The notes under the pieces were generated by a model. The model was not told the origin of the DNA, did no database searches, and was given only the letters and a program-made list of their open reading frames with translations. This document shows, in pieces, positions 27,535 to 38,485 of a DNA stretch of 64,000 nucleotides (the stretch's first letter is position 1; each line of letters opens with the position of its first letter). Location: the NCBI GenBank assembly GCA_963822445.1, contig CAWGHO010000003.1:1312001-1376000 (forward strand), given 5' to 3'. The stretch is from an uncultured Acidobacteriota bacterium (GTDB lineage: Bacteria; Acidobacteriota; Thermoanaerobaculia; Gp7-AA8). The position numbers and the translations under genes are program-made.

Positions 27535-29469
27535 TTAGCCCTCCGCGGCTGCCTTCTTCGCTTTCTTCGCCATTACCTCACGCTGGGAGTGGTCCAGAAC
27601 AGTCTTGCGGATGCGAATTGACTCAGGCGTAACTTCCACCAGCTCGTCATCTTCGATCCACTCCAGGCACTGCTCGAGCGTCAGCTGCTTCGGCGGGGTG
27701 AGCCGCACGGCCATGTCCGATCCCGAGGCGCGCATGTTGGTGAGGTGCTTGGCGCGGCAGACCTGGACGACCATGTCGCTGTCGCGCGAGTTCTCCCCGA
27801 CGACCTGCCCGCCGTAAACCTTGACGCCCGGTCCGAGGAAGAAGGTGGTGCGCTCCTGCAGCGGCTCGATTGCGTAGGCGGTGGTGTCCCCGGTCTCCTT
27901 GGCCACGAGCGCGCCGCGATTGCGCGAGGCCAGCTCGCCGCGATACGGACCGTATTCGAGGAAGGTGTGAAACAGCAGGCCCGTGCCGCGCGTCTCGGTC
28001 AGGAACTCGGTGCGGATGCCGAAGAGGCCGCGCGTCGGAATCTTGAACTCGATGCGCACGCGACCGGTGCCGGGATTGACCATGTCCGTCATCTCGCCGC
28101 GGCGCTCCTGGATCTTCTCCATGATCGCGCCGGTGTGCGCTTCTTCGATGTCGACGACCAGGGCCTCGTACGGCTCCATGGTCTGGCCGCCGATGTTCTT
28201 GAGGATGACCTGCGGCCGCGACAGCGCGAACTCGTAGCCCTCGCGGCGCATGTTCTCGGCGAGGATCGACAGGTGGAGCTCGCCCCGTCCCGACACTTCG
28301 AAGCGATCGGCCTGACCGGTCTCTTTGACGCGCAGCGCGACGTCTTTGCGCAGCTCGCGCTCGAGGCGGTCTTTGATGTTGCGGGAGGTGACGTACTTGC
28401 CTTCCGTGCCGGCGAACGGGGAGTCGTTGACCATCCAGAACATGGACACGGTCGGCTCGTCGATGGCGATCGGCTCGAGGCGTTCCGGCGCATCGATGGC
28501 GGAGAAGGTCTCGCCGATCTCCACGTCGGTGAATCCGGCGATGGCCACGATCTCTCCAGCTGCCGCTTCCTCGACCTCGGTCCGCTTGAGACCTTCGAAG
28601 ACCGTCAGCTTGGTGACGCGGCCTTTCTTGTGCGTGCCGTCGCGGCGGATGAGGACGACGTCGGAGGCCTGGCGGATCGTGCCACGCTGGATGCGGCCTA
28701 CGCCGAGGCGGCCGACGTATTCGTTGTAGTCGACGGAGCTGACCAGGAGCTGCAGCGCGCCCTCGGCATTGCCGGGCGGGGGCGGGATGCGCTTGAGCAC
28801 GGCATCGAACAGCGGCCGGCAGTCTTCGGTAGTGTCGGCGAGCTCGGTTCGGACGATGCCCTTGCGGCCGATGGCGTAGAGGATGGGGAAGTCGAGCTGT
28901 TCGTCGGACGCGCCGAGCTCGATCATCAGATCGAACACTTCGTTCACGACCTCGGTCGGCCGCGCGTCGGAGCGATCGATCTTGTTGATGACGACGATCG
29001 GCAGGAGGCCGAGGATGAGCGCTTTCCGCAGGACGAACCGCGTCTGCGGCATCGGCCCCTCGGCGGCATCGACGAGGAGGATGACCCCTTCGACCATCGA
29101 CAGCACACGCTCCACTTCGCCGCCGAAGTCGGCATGGCCGGGGGTGTCGACGATGTTGATCTTCACTTCGCTGGGGTGGACGAACTCCGCGGGAAGGTCG
29201 TGTCCGCTGGCCGTGTGGGTGGCCTCGTGATGGACCGGGTGGCCGAGGGCGTCTGGCTGGTCGACGAGGTAGCGGACGGAAGTGTTCTTGGCGAGGATGG
29301 TGATCCCGCGCTCCTTCTCGAGGTCGTTCGAGTCCATGACGCGCTCATCCATGTGCTGGTTCGCACGGACGGCGCCGGACTGCTTGAGAAGCGCGTCGAC
29401 GAGCGTGGTTTTCCCGTGGTCGACGTGCGCGATGATGGCTACGTTTCTGATGTCGTGTCTAAACTGCAT
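27535..29469 (-). CDS. typA: Translational GTPase TypA/BipA
   Basis: [78 protein letters not shown]. Confidence 0.98.
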   Translation of the reverse strand: MQFRHDIRNVAIIAHVDHGKTTLVDALLKQSGAVRANQHMDERVMDSNDLEKERGITILAKNTSVRYLVDQPDALGHPVHHEATHTASGHDLPAEFVHPSEVKINIVDTPGHADFGGEVERVLSMVEGVILLVDAAEGPMPQTRFVLRKALILGLLPIVVINKIDRSDARPTEVVNEVFDLMIELGASDEQLDFPILYAIGRKGIVRTELADTTEDCRPLFDAVLKRIPPPPGNAEGALQLLVSSVDYNEYVGRLGVGRIQRGTIRQASDVVLIRRDGTHKKGRVTKLTVFEGLKRTEVEEAAAGEIVAIAGFTDVEIGETFSAIDAPERLEPIAIDEPTVSMFWMVNDSPFAGTEGKYVTSRNIKDRLERELRKDVALRVKETGQADRFEVSGRGELHLSILAENMRREGYEFALSRPQVILKNIGGQTMEPYEALVVDIEEAHTGAIMEKIQERRGEMTDMVNPGTGRVRIEFKIPTRGLFGIRTEFLTETRGTGLLFHTFLEYGPYRGELASRNRGALVAKETGDTTAYAIEPLQERTTFFLGPGVKVYGGQVVGENSRDSDMVVQVCRAKHLTNMRASGSDMAVRLTPPKQLTLEQCLEWIEDDELVEVTPESIRIRKTVLDHSQREVMAKKAKKAAAEG

Positions 29470-29569
29470 GCCCGACCCTTAACGCTCTGAGTCTTCAGAC
29501 ATTCCGGTCGCACTTGCCGAAAACGGAATGTCGTGCACAATAGGCGCGGTTCTCCATCCACACACCCAT

Positions 29570-30238
29570 ATGTCGAACGTACTTCTCGAGCCGGATGAGC
29601 GCCGGCAGTTTGGTCGCGTAACGCCCGTCCAGCGGATTCGCGGGATGGTCGGGACCGTGCCGATCTACGTCCTGGACGTGTCGCTGGCGGGCGTGCGCGT
29701 GGCGCATCAGGACCCGCTTCCGGCGATCGGCCAGACGGCGACGCTGGTCTTCGAATGGCAAGGCCGCCGCTTCACCGGGAAGGCCGAAGTGCGGCGGACG
29801 AAGGTCGAGAAGGCGGCGCGATCGAGGTACGAGAAGTCGCTGCATCACTCCGGCCTCTTCATCACGCCGAACGACGCGTTTTCGCAGGCGATCATCAAGG
29901 ACATCATCGAGAGCTGCTACGAGCGGGCGATGGACGAGCAGCGCGCGAACGCGGAAGGCATTCCGGCGATCGCCGCGCAGTCGTTCCAGACCGGCAAGGG
30001 CGATAACTTCGTCCGCTGCGAGCTCCGCGCGACGGGGTGGATGAAGTTCGATACGAAAGACCCGCAACAGCCGCCGAACGGCTTCACCATCTCGGCGAGC
30101 GAAACGCCGGCGAAGATCGCGACGCTGTGCAGGACCTGGGAGATCGGCGACGCCGAAGCGCGCCGGCTGATCAAGACCTTCGCGGCGTTGAGTATCTCGA
30201 AGACCGAGGGGATACCGACGCGGCGCTACGCGCCTTAG
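29570..30238 (+). CDS. PilZ domain protein (c-di-GMP receptor-like)
   Basis: RRQFGR (RxxxR) and DVSLAG (DxSxxG). Confidence 0.75.
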   Translation: MSNVLLEPDERRQFGRVTPVQRIRGMVGTVPIYVLDVSLAGVRVAHQDPLPAIGQTATLVFEWQGRRFTGKAEVRRTKVEKAARSRYEKSLHHSGLFITPNDAFSQAIIKDIIESCYERAMDEQRANAEGIPAIAAQSFQTGKGDNFVRCELRATGWMKFDTKDPQQPPNGFTISASETPAKIATLCRTWEIGDAEARRLIKTFAALSISKTEGIPTRRYAP

Positions 30239-30270
30239 TTGCGGGGTTTCGGGGTTACGAGGTTTCGGGG
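30238..30270. repeat. Octamer tandem repeat (GTTNCGGG)x4, intergenic
   Basis: gttgcggg gtttcggg gttacgag gtttcggg. Confidence 0.8.
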
Positions 30271-30271
30271 T

Positions 30272-31060
30272 ATGCGAATCGCTCTCCTTCTCCTTCTCGC
30301 CACGTCCGCGTTCGCGCAAGAGCGCGACATGTCGCGCATCAACTGGATGGAGTTCCGAGAGACGGTTCCTTCGAAAATCAAGACGGTCCTCCTGCCCACG
30401 GGCACGCTCGAGCCGCATGGCGTGATCAACAACGGTGCGGACATTACCGCGCCGGTGGCGATGGCCAATGCGATTGCGCCGCGGGTGAACGCGATGATCG
30501 CGCCGGCGGTGCCGTATGGGATCACCGGCTCGATGGAGGCGTATCCCGGTGCGTTTCAGATCCCTGAGGCCGCGTACCGCCCGTACATCAAGGCTGTGCT
30601 GGAAGGGCTGGCGAAGAATGGCTTCCGCAGCATCATCATCCTCAACGGCCATGGCGGACCGCAGACCGCGGTGCTGAATGCCGTCGCCGCGGAAGTAGCC
30701 ACGGAAAAGCGCGTGCGCACGCTGGTCATCAACTGGTGGTCCTTCGCGTCGGACGTCACGAAGGAAGTGTTCGGCGAAGACGGCGGGCACGCCGGCTGGA
30801 ACGAGACCGCGTACGTGCAGGCCGCGGATCGCACGCTCGTGCATCCCGAACGCTACAGCGACAAGCTAGCGACCGCGTATCCCGCGCCGGGAACGTGGTC
30901 GGCGGTGCCATTCCCCTCGTCGATCGGGCTGTATCAGCCGGGGCAGGGCTATCCGAAGTTCGATCAGGCCAAAGCGGATGAGTACTTCCGCAAGGTGAAC
31001 GACAAGGTCGCGGCGCTGATCCGCGACACGATCGAAAAGTGGGACGCGGCCGGGCTGTGA
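30272..31060 (+). CDS. Creatininase family protein with signal peptide
   Basis: [16 protein letters not shown] and GHAGWNET motifs. Confidence 0.88.
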   Translation: MRIALLLLLATSAFAQERDMSRINWMEFRETVPSKIKTVLLPTGTLEPHGVINNGADITAPVAMANAIAPRVNAMIAPAVPYGITGSMEAYPGAFQIPEAAYRPYIKAVLEGLAKNGFRSIIILNGHGGPQTAVLNAVAAEVATEKRVRTLVINWWSFASDVTKEVFGEDGGHAGWNETAYVQAADRTLVHPERYSDKLATAYPAPGTWSAVPFPSSIGLYQPGQGYPKFDQAKADEYFRKVNDKVAALIRDTIEKWDAAGL

Positions 31061-31641
31061 TTCGGAGAATCTGCGTCTTCTGCGGATCGAACAGCGGATC
31101 GGATCCTGCGTACGCCGAGGCGGCGCGGTCGCTGGGGCGGCTTCTCGCTCGGGACGGGATCGGTCTCGTGTACGGCGGCGGGAGCGTCGGCCTGATGGGC
31201 GAGGTCGCCGACGCCGCGCTGCACGCGGGTGGGGAAGTGATCGGCGTGATTCCGCACGCGCTCTGGGCGCGCGAGGTCGGTCATCGCGGCCTCACCGATC
31301 TGCGCATCGTCGAGACCATGCACGAGCGCAAGGCGATGATGGCCGATCTCGCCGATGCCTTCATCGCGCTGCCCGGCGGACTGGGAACGCTGGAAGAGAT
31401 CTTCGAGATCTGGACCTGGGCCCAGCTCGGGCTGCATGCGAAACCGCTCGGCTTTCTCGATGTGAACGGCTTCTTCACACCGCTGATGGTCTTCCTCGAC
31501 CGCGCCGTCCGCGAGCGTTTCGTGAAAGAGCCTTATCGCTCGATCGCCTTGCTCGATGCCGACGCCGAACGGCTCCTGCGCCGCTTCGACGAATGGAAGC
31601 CGCCCCGCGTGGAGAAGTGGATCACGCGGGACGAGACATGA
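31057..31641 (+). CDS. LOG family nucleotide phosphoribohydrolase (TIGR00730-like)
   Basis: [35 protein letters not shown]. Confidence 0.93.
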   Translation: MIRRICVFCGSNSGSDPAYAEAARSLGRLLARDGIGLVYGGGSVGLMGEVADAALHAGGEVIGVIPHALWAREVGHRGLTDLRIVETMHERKAMMADLADAFIALPGGLGTLEEIFEIWTWAQLGLHAKPLGFLDVNGFFTPLMVFLDRAVRERFVKEPYRSIALLDADAERLLRRFDEWKPPRVEKWITRDET

Positions 31642-32234
31642 AGCGCATCGCCCTCTGGTTCGGCGTCGCCGTTCCCATCCTCTATTACGGGACGCAGTTC
31701 GCGGCCATGCCGTTCTATCCCGGGTATCGCATCCTCCGTCAGGTCGCGAGCGAGCTCGGATCGAATCAGTCGACGAATCCCACGGTCTTCAACGCCGGCG
31801 CGGTGGCAACCGGGATCGCCGCGTTGATCGCGGCATTCGGGTTCCTGCACGCGCTCGGAACGCGGCGCGTGCTGAGCTGGCTCGTGTTTCTGGCGATGCT
31901 GTCGAACGGCGCCGCGGGGATCTGGGCCGGCATGCATCCGTTGCCCGATCCGCGGCACAACCCCGGCGCCATCGGCGCGGGGATGTTCGCGCTGCCGTTC
32001 CTCTTCCTCTTCGTGGCCTGGCGCACAGGCTCGCGGTTTCTGAAGGGGTACACGATCGCGAACGCGATCCTCTTCCTGATCCTGATGCCGGTCATGAGCG
32101 GCGCGACGGCGTTTTCACTCGATGAGTACCGCGGGATCCTCCAGCGCGTGGCCGCGCTGGTGATGTACGTGCCGATCGGTGTCGTGGCGGCGGTGTTGTT
32201 GCGCGTCGATACGTCACGAGGGTCATTTGAGTGA
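31638..32234 (+). CDS. DUF998 family membrane protein
   Basis: PGY...QVASELG and GILQRV motifs; 5-6 TM helices. Confidence 0.75.
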   Translation: MKRIALWFGVAVPILYYGTQFAAMPFYPGYRILRQVASELGSNQSTNPTVFNAGAVATGIAALIAAFGFLHALGTRRVLSWLVFLAMLSNGAAGIWAGMHPLPDPRHNPGAIGAGMFALPFLFLFVAWRTGSRFLKGYTIANAILFLILMPVMSGATAFSLDEYRGILQRVAALVMYVPIGVVAAVLLRVDTSRGSFE

Positions 32235-32470
32235 AGAAGAGGCAGTCAGTCGATATCGCCAGCGCCGACCGACAGGCCGCACTCTTGCCGCTGCTGGATG
32301 ACATCAACGCTCATGCGAGAGCATGGTCGGCGGCCCACGCTCTGGAGTTCGCACCAGAACGCGGCGAGGCTGTTTTGAACCGTCTCGCAAGCGGCAGCCC
32401 GAGCCTCGTCCGGCTCAACGCGGAGATGACACTCTCTGAATGGAAGAAGGGATCACTGGCGTTCCCCTAG
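32227..32470 (+). pseudogene. DUF2019-like (immunity-type) gene, apparently internally deleted
   Basis: [12 protein letters not shown] in one frame jumps to RQAALLPLLDD...AWSAAHAL...AEMTLSEWKKG in another. Confidence 0.5.
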
Positions 32471-32490
32471 GCAAGATCAGGGTTCGTTCA

Positions 32491-32802
32491 ATGGCACGCT
32501 TGCTACTTCCGGAAGACTTTGATGAAAGGGCGGAGGTCGAGGCCGAGTTGCGCGGCTATTTGAGCCACGCCCGGGTTCAGCTCGACGACGGCCGCATCTT
32601 TCCGGTCTTCTTCGTCGACCCGGTACGCCTTCGCCAGGAGCTCGAGGACTCGGACCCGCCAGTCTTCGCGGAAGTGGGGCTCATTGTCGTGCCGGACGTT
32701 ACACGCCGCGCCATGGAAGCGGCGGTTGCCTTCCTGGCGTGCGGCCGATTCTTCGAATTCTTACGGCCGCTGCAGGAGGGTGATCGTCCATGGGAACCAT
32801 GA
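32491..32802 (+). CDS. Small hypothetical protein, polymorphic-toxin immunity-like
   Basis: RGYLSHARVQLDDGRIFPVFFVDPVRLRQELE...FAEVGLIVVPDVT; intact ORF in tandem with immunity-like neighbours. Confidence 0.55.
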   Translation: MARLLLPEDFDERAEVEAELRGYLSHARVQLDDGRIFPVFFVDPVRLRQELEDSDPPVFAEVGLIVVPDVTRRAMEAAVAFLACGRFFEFLRPLQEGDRPWEP

Positions 32803-32818
32803 AAGTGATCATGATCCG

Positions 32819-33277
32819 ATGAGGCACGCTGCCGTTTACCGACGACGTGACAAGTTCATTGTGCATCCCGATGGGAAGACGACCGCGGGCGTCTACATCG
32901 CGATCGAGCCTTTCATCGTGCTGCCGGCGTCAGCGGACGCGGCGGCGATAGGAAGTGCTCTTCGAAGGGCTTTGGCGGCCTTCAAAGACGGTCTGAGACA
33001 TCCGCTGCCTCACGAGTGGGACGCGCTTGCGATGCCCTTGTATGCAGCGGCTGGCGTGAAGAGTTGGGGAGTGTTCGCGAGAGGCGCGGACCTGACGCAT
33101 GTCGAAGGCTACGATGATGTGATCCGTCTTCTGCCACAGGAGAACCGCGGAGCGCGGAATGGTTTTCAACCGATGGGACTGCCGGTGCTCGAAGTGCCGC
33201 CAACGATCTCGGACCACGAGCTGGGATCGGCGGTCCTCAACGCTCTCGATCTCGCTCGCTCGGATGGAAGCGCGTGA
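32819..33277 (+). CDS. CdiI-like immunity protein
   Basis: AIGSALRRAL...AGVKSW..F...ELGSAVLNALD pattern resembling CdiI (DUF1436-type) immunity proteins. Confidence 0.55.
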   Translation: MRHAAVYRRRDKFIVHPDGKTTAGVYIAIEPFIVLPASADAAAIGSALRRALAAFKDGLRHPLPHEWDALAMPLYAAAGVKSWGVFARGADLTHVEGYDDVIRLLPQENRGARNGFQPMGLPVLEVPPTISDHELGSAVLNALDLARSDGSA

Positions 33278-33280
33278 ACG

Positions 33281-36200
33281 TCACGACACGTCGTCGATCG
33301 CCGCGATCAGCGCCGCCGCGTCATACGGCTTGAACAGGAACGACACTGTCGGTTTGGACAGGTACTGGTCGAGGCGCGATGCATCGGCGTGACCGGTCGA
33401 GAAGATCACCGGCAGCTCCGGATGCGCCTCGGCGATCACGTCATACACGGCCGGGCCCTCCATGTCCGGAAGGCCGACGTCGAGCACTATCACATCGGGA
33501 GGTGCGGCCCTGACGGCTTCGATCGCGGCCGCGCCCGAGCCCGCCGTCTCGACGATCAGCCCTTCCAGCTCCAGCAGGGAGGCGATGCCCGCGGCCACGG
33601 ACGGCTCATCTTCCACCAGCAACACCCGCCGCTTTCGCACGTGCGGCCGCTTTTCGGTTTGCGGCTTTGCGTCGGCGGCGGACGTCATCTCCTCGCCGGC
33701 CGCCGGAACGAAGATGTGGAACGTCGTCCCGGCGCCGAGAGCGCTTTCCACGAAAATCTCCCCGCCGTGGCGCATCACGATCTGGTGTGCGAGCGCGAGG
33801 CCGAGTCCCGTTCCCGTTTTCTTCGTCGTGAAGAGAAGATCGAAGATGTGCCGGCGCGTCTCGGCGCTCATGCCTTCGCCGGTGTCACGCACCATGAGGT
33901 GGATGAATCGTTCCGGCCGTTCGACGACGCCGAACGCGAATTTCGCATCCGGCGCCTCGCGCAACGCCCGAATCGTCAGCATGCCGCCGGAGGGCATCGC
34001 GTCGCGCGCGTTGAGGATCAGATTCGTCAGCATCTGATGGAGTTGCGTGACGTCGCCGTCGATCGCCAGCCCCTCGTCCGACACGACGTCGAGCGTGATC
34101 CCTGCCGGGAGCAGCGAGTGCGCCTCCGCGGTCACCGCGCGAAGCCACTCGCTCACGTCGACGCGCGCCCGGGACGGTTCGGCCGGTTGGGTGAAGCGAA
34201 GGATCTCACTGGTGATCCGCTTGCCGCGGGCGATGGACTGCGTAATCTGGCCGAGGGAGCTGTCGATGCGGTCCCGCGCGGTCGTACGCCGGATCACTTC
34301 CACGAACGGCGCGATGCCCATGAGCACGTTGTTGAACTCGTGGGCGACCGTCGCCGCCAGCCGGCCGAGGCTGGAAAGGCGATTGGCCTGTTCCAGCTTC
34401 CTCTCCAGTTTCCGCCGTTCGGTGATGTCGCTGAACGTGACCACCACGCCGAGCGTCCGCCCGTCATCGATCAGCGGCGAGGCCGAGTACTCGACCGGGA
34501 AAGGGGTGTCGTCCATCCGCCAGAACGTGTCCTCGGCCACGACCAGCGTCGCGCCGTTGTGAAGGACCTCCATGATCGGGCATTCCGCCAGCGGCCGCGC
34601 CGAGCCGTCCGCATACTTCGAGTGACAGAGTGCGTGCATCTTCCTGCCGGCCAGCTCTTCGACGGACGAGCCGAGCATGCGCGCCGCGGAGCCGTTGATC
34701 AACTGGCAACGGCCCTCGTCGTCGACGGCAACGATTCCCTCGGCAGTCGACTCGAGAAGGAGTTGCAGACTGGCGGTCAGCTGCTGGCGCTCCCGTTCGA
34801 TGCGCCGTCGTTCGGTCACGTCGCGGGCGAAACCGTGCATGGAGACGACCTCGCCGTTCACGACCTTCGGCACCAGGGTCAGGTCGAGAAGGAGCGGCGT
34901 CCCATCGGCGCGGAGCGCGGTGGCTTCCCACGTCAGCGTCTTCCGGTCTCTCTTCAGCTCCGCGAACAGCTCCCGGGCCTGCTGTTGGTCGTCGCCGTGG
35001 AAGAGGTCCCCGAACGGCCTTCCGATGAGAGGCTCGCCGCTGCGGCCGGTGAAGGTGTCGAACGCGCGGTTGATCGCGCAGATGACGCCGTCGCTGTCGA
35101 CGTCGAAGATGATCTCCGAGGCGCCCTCGACGACGGAGCGATAACGCTCTTCCGATGCCACGAGAGCCCGCGTGGTCCGTTCGCGCTCCATCGCTTCGGC
35201 CAGTGCATTCGCCAGCGACTGCATGAAGTGCACGTCGGCCTGCGTGAACGCGCGGGCCATGCTGCCGTAGGCGCTCAGCACACCGAAGAACGTCTTCGAG
35301 CCGACCAGCGGGACCGACATCCCGCTTCGTACGCCTGCTGCCGCGGCTGAGGCTTTAACCTCCCTGCTGAACCTTCCGTCCTGAAAATAGTCCGTGACCA
35401 CGACCGGCTGCCTGGTCATCGCCGTCTTTCCGGTTTGCGAATCGTCGCCGACCACGGTGATGGCTTTCAGGTCGGGATGCCACACCTCGCCGGCGCGGAC
35501 GACGAGCTTTCCATTCGTGCGGGCATGGAGCAGCGCGTGCTCGACGCGGAGACCGATCCGGACCAGCTCGCACGCGCGGTCGAGTGTCTTCTGATCGACG
35601 CTGGTGAACGCCAGCGCTCCGAGCTCGGCGATCGCGCTTTCCTGCATGGCGCGAACGCGCAGCTCCACATCGGCGCCGGCCCGCTCGATCGATTGGCCGA
35701 GGATCGTTGCGATCGTGCTCAAGAACTCGATCTCGCTGTGCTCGAGAACGCGTTGCGCGTGCGAGTACGCGCCGATGAATCCCCAGGCCTCGCCGCCGGC
35801 TCCGATCGGCACCGTCGCGCCGCCGTGGAGTCCATGACGCAGGAGCAGGTCGGCGGGGCGAAAGCGATCATCGGTGGCGATGTCGCGGCTGATGATCGCC
35901 GTGCGCTCGCGGAGGGTGTAGGTGGCCAGGGAAAGTGGTCCGGCCGGACGCGCGTCATTGACGGTGCCCGGTTCCCAGCCGACTCCGGCGACCATGACCA
36001 GACGATCGCCAGAGGCCTTCGTCACTTCGCAGGCATCGACCTTCAGCACCTCGCCGGCGAACGCCGCGGCCTCGTGAAACAACTCGGTCATGCCCGCGCC
36101 GCTGAGAGCGAGATGGCTGAGGTTCGCAATCGCCGATTGCTGGATCGCGTAGCGGCGGATGCCTTCCTCGGCGCGGCGGGCGTCGGTGACGTCCTGGGCC

Positions 36201-37687
36201 ACGGTGATGACTTCCTGCGCCGCTCCCCGTGCGTCCGTCATCACGCGCGTGGATGCGTGAAGCGTCCGGACGTCCCCGTCCGGCAACACGATCCTGCAGT
36301 CCGTCTCGACGGGGACCTTCAGGCTCAGAGCGTGGCGGGCGAGGGACGTCACCCGCTCGCGATCGGCCGGATGAAGCATCGAGCGCATCTCGGTGACGTT
36401 CAGGACGATGCCCGGCGGGAGGCCGAACATCCGCGACATCTCGTCCGACCAGGTTTGCGCGCCGGTCGCGAGCACGTACTGCCAGCTTCCAATCCCGGCC
36501 AGCCGCTGCGCCTCCGCGAGCTGTTCCTTGTGTGCGCGCAGCTCGTGCTCGGCGCGTTTCGTGGTCGAGATGTCGTTGGACACGGTCACGACTCCGGTGA
36601 TCGCTCCCTGTTCGTCGTGGATCGGGGCGGCCACGACCCAGGCCGGGAAGTGGGAGCCGTCCCGGCGCTGCAGCATCAGCTCGCCGGTCCAGCTCTCGCC
36701 GGCCCGCAATCGATCGAGCGTCTCCGCAGCCAGCGGCTTCACGTAGGACGGCGCGGTCACCTCCAGGATGTTCCGGTCCCGCACCTCCGCCGCCTCCCAA
36801 CCGTACAGCTCCTCGGCATGGCGGTTCCAGTAGGTGATCCGGTCCTGCAGATCGGTGGCAACGACTGCCTGTTCGACCGAGTCGAGCAGGCGCGCCTGAA
36901 GAGCGAGCCGTTCGGTGGTCGCGTGCCGTTCGCTGACGTCGTCGACCAGCACGATGATCTCCTCGAGACTCTCGTCGGTGCCGATCATCGGCGTGATGGT
37001 GAGGTGGACGCGGACCGTACGGCCGGCACTGTGAAGGAATCGCGTCTCGCCCTCCGTCGGCAAGCGCGCGGAGAACCGCGCCTCGGCCTCGGCGGCGTCG
37101 TCAGGATGAAGGAGAGTGGTGAAGCGGCGCCCGATCAGCTCCCGCTTCGTGTAACCCACGACCGACGCGAAATGCTCGTTCACGCTGGTGAGGCGGCCGG
37201 AGGCGCTGACGTTTGCGATCCCGATCGGAGCCTGCTCGAAGGTGCGCCGGTAACGCTCCCTGTTCTGGCGCAGCTCGGCGAAGAGGTGAGTGCGCTCGTC
37301 GCGCGTCGCCGCGTCGCGAAGTTCCCGGCGCACGGTTCCCGCGAGGCGGGGGAGCTGGTCCTTCCTCACGTAATCGTTCGCGCCGGTACGGATCGCTTCC
37401 GCGGCGTGCTCTTCGCCGTCGCCGGAGAGCATCACGAAGGGAAGATTCGGGGAGAACTCGCGGACGAGCTTCAACGCGTCGAAGCCGGACCAGCCAGTGA
37501 GCTTCTCCTCGGCGATGACGATGCTCCAGGACGCCTTCTCGAGCGCCTGGGCGACGGAGTGGCTGTCGAAAGCGGTCCGCCAGCTGGCCTCGATCCCGTC
37601 CCGCCGGAGCTGGCCGATGACAGCTTCGCCGTCCCGCTCCCGGCCGATGTACAGCAAGCGCACCATGAGTTTGTCGTCCAACGTCAT
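33281..37687 (-). CDS. Hybrid sensor histidine kinase (REC-PASx3-GAFx2-PASx2-HisKA-HATPase-REC)
   Basis: AHEFNN H-box; NLILNARDAM; DTGEGM; GTGLGL; C-terminal REC VLLVEDE...VLDVGLP. Confidence 0.93.
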   Translation of the reverse strand: MTLDDKLMVRLLYIGRERDGEAVIGQLRRDGIEASWRTAFDSHSVAQALEKASWSIVIAEEKLTGWSGFDALKLVREFSPNLPFVMLSGDGEEHAAEAIRTGANDYVRKDQLPRLAGTVRRELRDAATRDERTHLFAELRQNRERYRRTFEQAPIGIANVSASGRLTSVNEHFASVVGYTKRELIGRRFTTLLHPDDAAEAEARFSARLPTEGETRFLHSAGRTVRVHLTITPMIGTDESLEEIIVLVDDVSERHATTERLALQARLLDSVEQAVVATDLQDRITYWNRHAEELYGWEAAEVRDRNILEVTAPSYVKPLAAETLDRLRAGESWTGELMLQRRDGSHFPAWVVAAPIHDEQGAITGVVTVSNDISTTKRAEHELRAHKEQLAEAQRLAGIGSWQYVLATGAQTWSDEMSRMFGLPPGIVLNVTEMRSMLHPADRERVTSLARHALSLKVPVETDCRIVLPDGDVRTLHASTRVMTDARGAAQEVITVAQDVTDARRAEEGIRRYAIQQSAIANLSHLALSGAGMTELFHEAAAFAGEVLKVDACEVTKASGDRLVMVAGVGWEPGTVNDARPAGPLSLATYTLRERTAIISRDIATDDRFRPADLLLRHGLHGGATVPIGAGGEAWGFIGAYSHAQRVLEHSEIEFLSTIATILGQSIERAGADVELRVRAMQESAIAELGALAFTSVDQKTLDRACELVRIGLRVEHALLHARTNGKLVVRAGEVWHPDLKAITVVGDDSQTGKTAMTRQPVVVTDYFQDGRFSREVKASAAAAGVRSGMSVPLVGSKTFFGVLSAYGSMARAFTQADVHFMQSLANALAEAMERERTTRALVASEERYRSVVEGASEIIFDVDSDGVICAINRAFDTFTGRSGEPLIGRPFGDLFHGDDQQQARELFAELKRDRKTLTWEATALRADGTPLLLDLTLVPKVVNGEVVSMHGFARDVTERRRIERERQQLTASLQLLLESTAEGIVAVDDEGRCQLINGSAARMLGSSVEELAGRKMHALCHSKYADGSARPLAECPIMEVLHNGATLVVAEDTFWRMDDTPFPVEYSASPLIDDGRTLGVVVTFSDITERRKLERKLEQANRLSSLGRLAATVAHEFNNVLMGIAPFVEVIRRTTARDRIDSSLGQITQSIARGKRITSEILRFTQPAEPSRARVDVSEWLRAVTAEAHSLLPAGITLDVVSDEGLAIDGDVTQLHQMLTNLILNARDAMPSGGMLTIRALREAPDAKFAFGVVERPERFIHLMVRDTGEGMSAETRRHIFDLLFTTKKTGTGLGLALAHQIVMRHGGEIFVESALGAGTTFHIFVPAAGEEMTSAADAKPQTEKRPHVRKRRVLLVEDEPSVAAGIASLLELEGLIVETAGSGAAAIEAVRAAPPDVIVLDVGLPDMEGPAVYDVIAEAHPELPVIFSTGHADASRLDQYLSKPTVSFLFKPYDAAALIAAIDDVS

Positions 37688-37752
37688 TCCGGGCAGCGGG
37701 ACTTATGGCAGTTAATTAGGCACCCGCCTATCGGAGCGTACGTACAAAGCGC

Positions 37753-37768
37753 GTAAGACACGTCTTAC
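37753..37768. promoter_or_regulatory. Perfect palindrome GTAAGAC-AC-GTCTTAC, probable response-regulator binding site
   Basis: 7-2-7 inverted repeat between a NarL-type regulator and the kinase; the loop is too short for a terminator. Confidence 0.55.
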
Positions 37769-37778
37769 ACGCGGCGTT

Positions 37779-38417
37779 TCAAATCAGTTTGTTTCTGATT
37801 GCGTAACCCACGATGTCCGCGTTCGAACTGAAGCCGGCTTTCTCGAGAATCCGCGCGCGATACGTGCTCACCGTTTTCACGCTGAGGTTCAACATCCCCG
37901 CGATCTCGGTAGGGGACCTGCCGAGCGACAGGAGCCGGAAGACCTCGAACTCGCGCGCTGACAATCGCTCGTGCGGCTGCTTCACGCCGTCTTTTTCGAG
38001 GCTTCGTGCAACCTCCTCGGCCACGGCCGGCGTCACATACCGCCGCCCGCCGGCCACCCCGGCAATCGCGCTGAGAATCTCCGCCGGCTCCGTGTTGCGT
38101 CGCAGAAACGCGTTCGCACCCGCGCGGAGAAAAGGGATCGCGTACTGCGATTCCGGATAGGTCGAGAGGACGATCAGCGACACGGCAGGGAACTCCGCAC
38201 GAATGCGAGTGACGACGTCGAGACCGCTGCTCGAGCCGAGCGGCACGTCGAGGACGACCACGTCGAACGGCTCGTTGCGAAGACAGCCGGCCAGCTCATC
38301 GGCGCTGGCCGCTTCCCCCGCTACGGCCCATTCCGGGCGTGCCCGGACGATCTCGCGCAGACCCTTGCGAACGATCGGATCATCCCCGGCAACCAGCAAC
38401 CTCACTGAAGTCATCAT
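37779..38417 (-). CDS. NarL/LuxR family response regulator
   Basis: REC domain + HTH LSAREFEVFRLL...LSVKTVSTYRARILEK. Confidence 0.92.
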   Translation of the reverse strand: MMTSVRLLVAGDDPIVRKGLREIVRARPEWAVAGEAASADELAGCLRNEPFDVVVLDVPLGSSSGLDVVTRIRAEFPAVSLIVLSTYPESQYAIPFLRAGANAFLRRNTEPAEILSAIAGVAGGRRYVTPAVAEEVARSLEKDGVKQPHERLSAREFEVFRLLSLGRSPTEIAGMLNLSVKTVSTYRARILEKAGFSSNADIVGYAIRNKLI

Positions 38418-38485
38418 CGCGGCGCCACGTCGGCAGACACATAATTCCGCAGAACCATCGTTATGCGGTGTAAAGAAATCGTGGG

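Noticed and set aside
29165-29270. Intein or intron in typA
   Set aside because: Too short, in frame, and lacks C/S...HN splice motifs.
33389-37756. Plus-strand ORFs of 653 and 773 aa
   Set aside because: Antisense shadows of the hybrid kinase gene.
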